13,734 nt of DNA from Octopus sinensis (lineage: Eukaryota): assembly GCF_006345805.1 (NCBI RefSeq), contig NW_021826069.1:1-13734 (forward strand), read 5' to 3'. Both the position numbers and the translations under genes were made by a program. Positions within the stretch are counted from its first letter, which is position 1, and every line of letters starts with the position of its first letter. The notes below the pieces were generated by a model. The model was not told the origin of the DNA and did not search any database. It saw only the letters and a list, made by a program, of their open reading frames with translations. Positions 8,123 to 13,734 of this stretch are shown piece after piece.

Positions 8123-8395
8123 TAAATTGGTTTAGCCAATAACTTAACACATCTTTATGCGGTGGTTATATAATCAATGTGTTCAGAGGCAATAGTGGGT
8201 AAGCTAAGTGCCGAAGAAGGAGCGACAACCTCATAAAGAGGGTATATATATACTCATTACTCACTTTTGTCTTCGCTCACATTGTCTCTTTAGATCTGAC
8301 ATCTCGTTACGAAAGGTCGGAGCAAAATTCAGTGCGGGCTATATGTTCTATAGAATATCTGTAGAAATAACCTTAATGAAATACATTAACATACC

Positions 8396-8812
8396 TATTT
8401 CTTTACTACCCACAAGGGGCTAAACACAGAGAGGACAAACAAGGACAGACACACGGATTAAGTCGATTATATCGACCTCAGTACGTTACTGGTACTTAAT
8501 TTATCGACCCCGAAAAGATGAAAGGCAAAGTCGACCTCGGCGGAATTTGAACTCAGAACGTAGCGGCAGACGAAATACCTATTTCTTTACTACCCACAAG
8601 GGGCTAAACACAGAGGGGACAAACAAGGACAGGCAAACAGATTAAGTCGATTACATGTACCCCAGTGCGTAAATGGAACTTAATTTATCGACCCCGAAAA
8701 GATGAAAGGCAAAGTCGACCTCGGCAGAATTTGAACTCAGAACGTAGCGACAGACGAAATACTGCTAAGCATTTCGCCCGGCATGCTAACGTTTCTGCCA
8801 GCTCGCCGCCTT
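8396..8812 (-). mobile_element. tandem SINE dimer: truncated copy 8396-8579 plus full copy 8580-8812
   Basis: Two co-oriented copies enclosed by one 13-bp TSD, acattaacatacc (8383-8395 and 8818-8830). Confidence 0.92.
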
Positions 8813-8829
8813 CGACAACATTAACATAC

Positions 8830-8990
8830 CCCCACTGAATGGTAGACCAGTCCGTCAAAGGGTCAACTTTCCCAGTTATTACTGGAATTCATTTGTGGCT
8901 GAGTAGACCTGAACAATGATTCCAGTCTGGGAATCGACACCATGATCTTTACTATCGTGAGTGAAATGCTGTAACGACTACGCCACACGC
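8830..8990 (-). mobile_element. decayed SINE fragment (head like 6541-6834)
   Basis: gggaatcgacaccatgatctttactatcgtgag...gtaacgactacgccacacgc resembles gggaattgaacacacgaccttacgattgtgag...ctaaccactaagtcacgcac. Confidence 0.5.
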
Positions 8991-9256
8991 ATCGAAGCCT
9001 ACCGTATCATATATACTGAAAAATACCCGACTACACTGTGCCGTGTATCCCGTCATGCTGTTGGATATTGTGTGATCTCCCACCAGGCCATATGTTACGG
9101 TAAATCGAAAATCCCACACTATCATGCAATATCCGCCTGATATTTTCATTGAATTATCCAATATTTTATCATATTATTTATTGGTCTTTATGCGATAACT
9201 ATTATTCTTTCAATGTTGCCCATCCTTGTTATAATAGAACAAATTACGACTTAGAT

Positions 9257-9316
9257 ATATGTGTGTGTATGTGCGCATGTATATGTGTGAATTTGCGTCT
9301 ACTCGCGTGGTTGTGG

Positions 9317-9348
<32 letters not shown>

Positions 9349-9447
9349 TATATATTATATATATATATATATAATATATATATATATATATAATATTATA
9401 CATACATACATACATATAATATATATGTATATATATATGTATGTATA

Positions 9448-9478
<31 letters not shown>

Positions 9479-9510
9479 ATATATAATAATATATATATAT
9501 ATATATTATA
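9257..9510. repeat. (TG)/(TA)n low-complexity array
   Basis: Direct inspection. Confidence 0.88.
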
Positions 9511-9591
9511 AATAAAAAATTAGGGAATAAATCCAAATTTACAGGGAAAAAATCAGATTTAGGATTAAATCCAATTTTATAGTAAAATATT

Positions 9592-9715
9592 ATAAAATAT
9601 TATTAGAGACAAAACCACTATTTTGCAATGACTATTTATTAAAATTTTATGTATTGATTAAGTCTTTCCTTGTTTGTTTTGCAAAATAGTGGTTTTGTCT
9701 CTAATAATATTTTAT
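9592..9715. repeat. perfect 37-bp inverted repeat with 50-bp spacer in an AT-rich island
   Basis: ataaaatattattagagacaaaaccactattttgcaa (9592-9628) and its exact reverse complement (9679-9715). Confidence 0.92.
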
Positions 9716-9719
9716 TATA

Positions 9720-9985
9720 TTCACATATATATATACATATATATATATAGATATACATATATGTATTATGTGTGTATATATAATATATATATATGTATCT
9801 ATAGATATATTATTTTATATACATACATACATATATACTTATGATATACATGCATACATACATACATATATATATGTATATATATATATATGTATAGATA
9901 TATAGATATATATACATATATATATATGTATAGATATACAAATATGTATATGTATATATATATACATTTGTGATATATATATATG
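9720..9985. repeat. (TA)/(TACA)/(TAGA) low-complexity array
   Basis: Direct inspection. Confidence 0.88.
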
Positions 9986-10139
9986 TTCCCAAAAGACCCA
10001 CTGAGAAACGATTGGTAATTCACGCCACCCGGCCAAACCTTCATCCTACCCCATCCCACGCTAACCGTTTATCTCCTTATGTAACACCGACCGCACACCG
10101 CCTCTCACACCAAACAACTCCTTCTAGGCCTATTTACAG

Positions 10140-10375
10140 GGAAAAAAAGGGGGGAATACTGAGAGAGGAGGTCGGAGAAAGTGAGACCGAGAGAACAGTA
10201 AGAGGTGTATATTAGAGAGGGAGAGAGGATAAAAGAGAGAAGGAATAAAACAGAAAGTGTAGACGAGGCAGAGAGAGAGGGGCAAGGGAGACAGAAGACA
10301 GAGGCAAGAGTAAGAGAGAGAAAAGGGGGAGGAGAGAGAGAGAGAGAGAAACAGAGAGGCAGAGGTGGAAGAAAG
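10140..10375. repeat. GA-rich polypurine tract
   Basis: Direct inspection. Confidence 0.85.
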
Positions 10376-10574
10376 CGGTTACGATTAGCATCGATTGCCT
10401 GTATCGTCTGCTTTTTCAATATTTTCCTCTTTGTAGTAAGGTCGAGTGAAAGACGTGTATCAGGGTATCAAATACTGGGTGGAAGGAAGACCAATAATGA
10501 ATGAGGAAGCCTCTTCGTGGTCGCGCGATTCGCGAGAAATAGCGCCGAAATCTTTCTGGAATAACAGCTTGGCT

Positions 10575-10660
10575 GGTCCAGTTCAGTTCCACTGCAGGCC
10601 ACTTTGGTCAAGTGCCTTCTACTACTGCCCCGGGCAAACCGAAGCCTTCCAAGTGGATTT
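10575..10660 (+). mobile_element. internal fragment of the 3233-3652 SINE family
   Basis: gttcagttccactgcaggccactttggtcaagtgccttct...ccgaagccttccaagtggattt matches the reverse complement of aaatccactcacgaagctttggccgg...cccaaggtgccgcgcagtgggactgaac. Confidence 0.6.
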
Positions 10661-10726
10661 AATAATAATAATAATAATAACCATAATAATAATAATAATA
10701 ATGTAATGATAATAAGATAATGATAA

Positions 10727-10758
<32 letters not shown>

Positions 10759-10763
10759 TAATA

Positions 10764-10800
<37 letters not shown>

Positions 10801-10863
10801 TAATAATAATATAATAATAATATAATAATAATAATAATAATGATAATAATAATGATAATGATA
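10661..10863. repeat. (AAT)n/(GAT) array
   Basis: Direct inspection. Confidence 0.96.
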
Positions 10864-10935
10864 GAACTGCTCATATCCTACGCTACGCAAATACTCTCTA
10901 TGTAATCTCAAGGTTTAAACAACATAATATTTTCG

Positions 10936-10972
<37 letters not shown>

Positions 10973-11162
10973 AAAAAAACCCACCCCTTTTTTTTTTTTT
11001 TTTTTTCTTTTTAGACATTCATTAGTACAACACATCCCCACCCCCCAAATATATGGCACACTAGGCATAAACAACAACCTGAACTTCCAACCCTGGTCTC
11101 TTGAGGTCTCTGGGTGAGACTTGGAGCCATCTTGTACAATATAAAGCAAAAGTCAAACATAG
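10864..11162 (+). mobile_element. 5'-truncated R4/Dong-like LINE 3' end
   Basis: Begins GA ACT GCT CAT ATC CTA CGC ... ATA CTC TCT ATG TAA = TAHILR..ILSM* (small frameshifting duplication), resembling the GTAHILRKVL C-terminus of RLE-type R4/Dong ORFs. The 3'UTR contains aggtctctgggtgagact. (AAT)n lies on both sides. Confidence 0.68.
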
Positions 11163-11291
11163 AATAATAATAATAATAATAATAATGATAATAATAATGA
11201 TAATGATAATAATGATAATGATAATAATAATATATAATCATAATAATGATAATTAATGAAATGATAATGATAATAATAATAATAAATAATA

Positions 11292-11327
<36 letters not shown>

Positions 11328-11372
11328 TAATAATAATGATAATGATATGATAATAATAATAATAATAATAAT

Positions 11373-11404
<32 letters not shown>

Positions 11405-11448
11405 AATGATAATGATATAAAATAATAATAATAATAATAATGATAATA

Positions 11449-11482
<34 letters not shown>

Positions 11483-11497
11483 ATAATAATAAAATTA

Positions 11498-11535
<38 letters not shown>

Positions 11536-11617
11536 TAATAATAATAATAATGATAATAATAATGAAATGATATGATAATGATAAGAATAATAATAATAAT
11601 AATAATAATTATAATAA
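11163..11617. repeat. (AAT)n/(GAT) array, ~450 bp
   Basis: Direct inspection. Confidence 0.96.
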
Positions 11618-11619
11618 AA

Positions 11620-12295
11620 GCCCTGATACAGTACCAGGCAGTGGCTCTCTCATGGCTTCTGATTTTAACTGATTGGAATTGTTATCATGTACATTGTTTT
11701 GTCTTGGTATAAAAGATGGGCTACAGCAAATATTTGATCAAATACCCATACCAATGCCCTGTGCAGTACCAGGCAGTGGCTCTCATGCTTCTGATTTTAA
11801 CTGATTGGAAGTGTTATCATGTACATTGTTTGTGTTCTTGTATAAAAGATGGGCTACAGCAAATATTCTGCTCTAATACCACAGATTTGCCTGTCAGTTG
11901 TTTGACCTTAACCAGTTGAGCATGTCCTTAGTGCTGACGATATGTGCATCTCTGATCACGAGCAGAAGTAGTGGGGGAGCATCATAGCCATGTGTTGAGA
12001 GGGATTCTTGGGGTTTGAATAATTCATCTCTGGAAACATGGGTGGTTCTTTCAATCCTTAACAACCCTTATTCAGGGACCTTTTGAGCGGGATGGGGCTC
12101 TCAACCAACCTGAAGAAAATTCTAACTGGGCCCCACCGCAAGGTCATGTGCTGTTTATCTTGATATGAGATCACCATGTCGCGCACATATGGTTGTGATG
12201 CATGTGCCTGGTGTACCTACCTTATCAGACGGGTAGTCATGATGGGTATATTTTACCCCAGTGTCACTTTGATGGCATGCACTGCTCTCTCACTC
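11620..12295 (+). mobile_element. non-coding ~540-bp retroposon-like repeat in (AAT)n with a tandem duplication of its first ~130 bp
   Basis: Units start gccctg at 11620 and 11756 (period 136). The element ends ctctctcactc+(AAT)n. It resembles a very abundant octopus repeat as I recall it; class not determined. Confidence 0.65.
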
Positions 12296-12336
<41 letters not shown>

Positions 12337-12365
12337 TAAAATATAATAATGATAATAATAATAAT
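12296..12365. repeat. (AAT)n tail shared by two convergent elements
   Basis: Direct inspection. Confidence 0.93.
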
Positions 12366-12735
12366 GAAATTATTGTATATAGTGCTCAGGTGCACCACAA
12401 CTTGTCAAAAGTGCGTATAAAGCATATGCAGTAACGTACAAATGTCTGGAAAGTGAACAGTGTATGAGTAGGATACATGCTTGCATGTGTATGGAGGGGA
12501 GAAAATCAGGTGTAGTGTTGGCGAATCTCAGAAAGCATGGAAGTTTTGAAGGATGCAGTGCTCCGACAACAAACAACTGATGCTGGCAGTTTGTTCCATG
12601 CTTCAGCAACTCTTAGCGTGCAAAAATGTTTCCGAAAGTCATGGGAGCTGTGCTGTTTTCTGACTTTGTAAACATGTCCACAGGTGTTAGATAGGTGGAG
12701 TTTGAAAAGGTGCTCAGAGTTATTATTTGATATAT
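12366..12735 (-). mobile_element. CR1-like LINE 3' end (ORF2 C-terminus plus 3'UTR)
   Basis: NTCGHVYKVRKQHSSHDFRKHFCTLRVAEAWNKLPASVVCCRSTASFK matches the CR1 ORF2 C-terminal pattern TRGH.KL....RK.FF..RV...WN.LP..VV......FK. Stop at 12506-12508; (ATT)n tail on the minus strand. Confidence 0.85.
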
Positions 12736-12925
12736 GGAATCTGAAAGAAGCCCGTCGCATACATAATCATGTAACAGTGTGTATGTGTGCGTGTGTGTGT
12801 TTCTTTGCGTTTGTGTTGCGTTTGTCCACTACTAATGATTCAAGACCGGTGTTGACTTGTTCCCATTACATAGCAGTTCGGTAAAAGAGACTGACAGAGT
12901 AAGTATCAGTTTTATAGAAAATCTG
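12736..12925 (+). mobile_element. 3' half of the 3233-3652 SINE family
   Basis: ggaatctgaaagaagcccgtcg, a TG tract, then tagcagttcggtaaaagagactgacagagtaag (cf. ttagcggttcggcaaaagagaccgattgaataag). Confidence 0.75.
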
Positions 12926-13058
12926 GATTTCTCTTTCTATTCCTGGTATGAAACTATTTGATTAATTGTTCATTGTAAGACTATGATACTATATAAAATT
13001 TAACGATATGCCCACTCTATTATTGCCTCTTTTTTCTGACATGGTATTTTGGATAATA

Positions 13059-13100
13059 AACTAACTAACTTATTAACTAACTAACTAATTAACTTACTGA
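13059..13100. repeat. short (AACT)n array
   Basis: aaactaactaacttattaactaactaactaattaac. Confidence 0.75.
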
Positions 13101-13112
13101 TTGACTGGCTGA

Positions 13113-13572
13113 TGGGTCATTCCATAAACAATGCAGTTTTTTCAATTGCATGAAATAAAATTCGGAGGAGGACGGGATAAATTACCTGCATCAACTTGCT
13201 ATAAAAGCAGGTAGTAATTTTACCTTGTCCTTAGTACAAGTTTTGAAGATTGCAGTTCAATTTTGACAGTTATTTTTTCAAAGCTATAATGAAAGTGACA
13301 AAGGAGCATATTCGGCATATTTTGCTTTATGAGTTCAATAAATGCAACGACACGACGGAAAGTGCGAGGAATATTAAAGCAGTATATGGGGATCGGACAA
13401 TAAACGTAAGCCAGTGTCAACGGTGGTTCCAGAAATTCCGAGCGGAAACTACAGCCTACAAGATGAGTCTCGTCCTGGAAGATCTGTTGAGCTCGGCGAG
13501 GACGTCCTGCAAACCCTGGTGGAAGAAGATCTCATCGTAACTGTTGAAGAACTAGCAGAGAAGCTTGGATTT
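13113..13572 (+). mobile_element. 3'-truncated mariner element (5' TIR remnant, 5'UTR, transposase N-terminus)
   Basis: TIR-like tgggtcattccataaacaatgc at ~13113, ATG at 13289. Confidence 0.75.
13289..13572 (+). pseudogene. mariner transposase DNA-binding (HTH) domain, frameshifted and truncated
   Basis: MKVTKEHIRHILLYEFNK...VYGDRTINVSQCQRWFQKFRA, then a frameshift, then GNYSLQDESRPGRSVELGEDVLQTLVEED...TVEELAEKLGF; matches the mariner/Hsmar WF.KFR.G...L.D..R.GRP pattern. Confidence 0.92.
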
Positions 13573-13713
13573 TATCTTCAGAATTCACTTTGCATCTATA
13601 CACTGTTTTTTTTTTTGCTTGCTTGTTCACAATAATCATCAACGAAACAGTTATTTCTATCTTTACAATCACAATATATATTTTCATTATCTATCATATT
13701 ACTATTTTGATTT

Positions 13714-13734
13714 GTGGAGGCGCAATGGCCCAGT
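13714..13734 (+). mobile_element. start of another copy of the 3941-4332 SINE (runs off the window)
   Basis: gtggaggcgcaatggcccagt is identical to 3939-3959. Confidence 0.88.

Noticed and set aside
7332-8812. Regularly recurring ~230-bp units as a CRISPR or satellite array
   Set aside because: They are dispersed SINE copies with their own TSDs and irregular spacing in a eukaryotic context.
8952-9161. 69-aa minus-strand ORF in non-repetitive-looking sequence
   Set aside because: No recognisable motif or splice-site pair, and it partly overlaps a decayed SINE.
9986-10135. C-rich unique-looking stretch
   Set aside because: No motif, homology or structure that I can support; it may be decayed repeat or noisy consensus.
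10437-10560. Acceptor-like ttttcctctttgtag followed by the frame RVKDVYQGIKYWVEGRPIMNEE
   Set aside because: The best AG is followed by an in-frame TAA for that frame, the donor is unclear, and the downstream part runs into decayed repeats.
10468-11241. Poly-Y/I/L/H ORFs
   Set aside because: Translations of the (AAT)n/(GAT)n arrays.
11934-12130. CTGACGA and CTGAAGA motifs as further hammerhead cores
   Set aside because: No correctly placed GAAA, stem III or NUH triplet with a closing stem I.

Overview
AT-rich, repeat-saturated animal genomic DNA, most likely a coleoid cephalopod (Octopus-like). The organism is inferred from my recollection of the SINE/LINE families, not from a database search. 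Nearly all ORFs in the supplied track are microsatellite artefacts. The window contains: (i) two well-supported and one tentative phase-compatible + strand coding exons of an unidentified host gene (2215-2293, 3731-3854, 4439-~4516); (ii) about a dozen full or partial tRNA-derived SINE copies, several with target-site duplications; (iii) two mariner relics and a Tc1/mariner-type MITE; (iv) LINE 3' ends of the RTE-like (C2H2 finger), R4/Dong-like and CR1-like types, two of them sitting inside long microsatellite arrays; (v) a degenerate minimal hammerhead ribozyme in a Penelope-like context (6053-6101); (vi) several inverted repeats, including a ~500 bp palindrome; (vii) large (AACC)n, (ATAC)n, (AAT)n, (TA)n, (CA)n and GA-rich arrays. 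I found no rRNA, true tRNA or CRISPR array. Indel-type noise suggests parts may be imperfect long-read consensus. I see no convincing wholly new system; the best leads are the hidden exons, the hammerhead relic and the microsatellite-associated retroelements.
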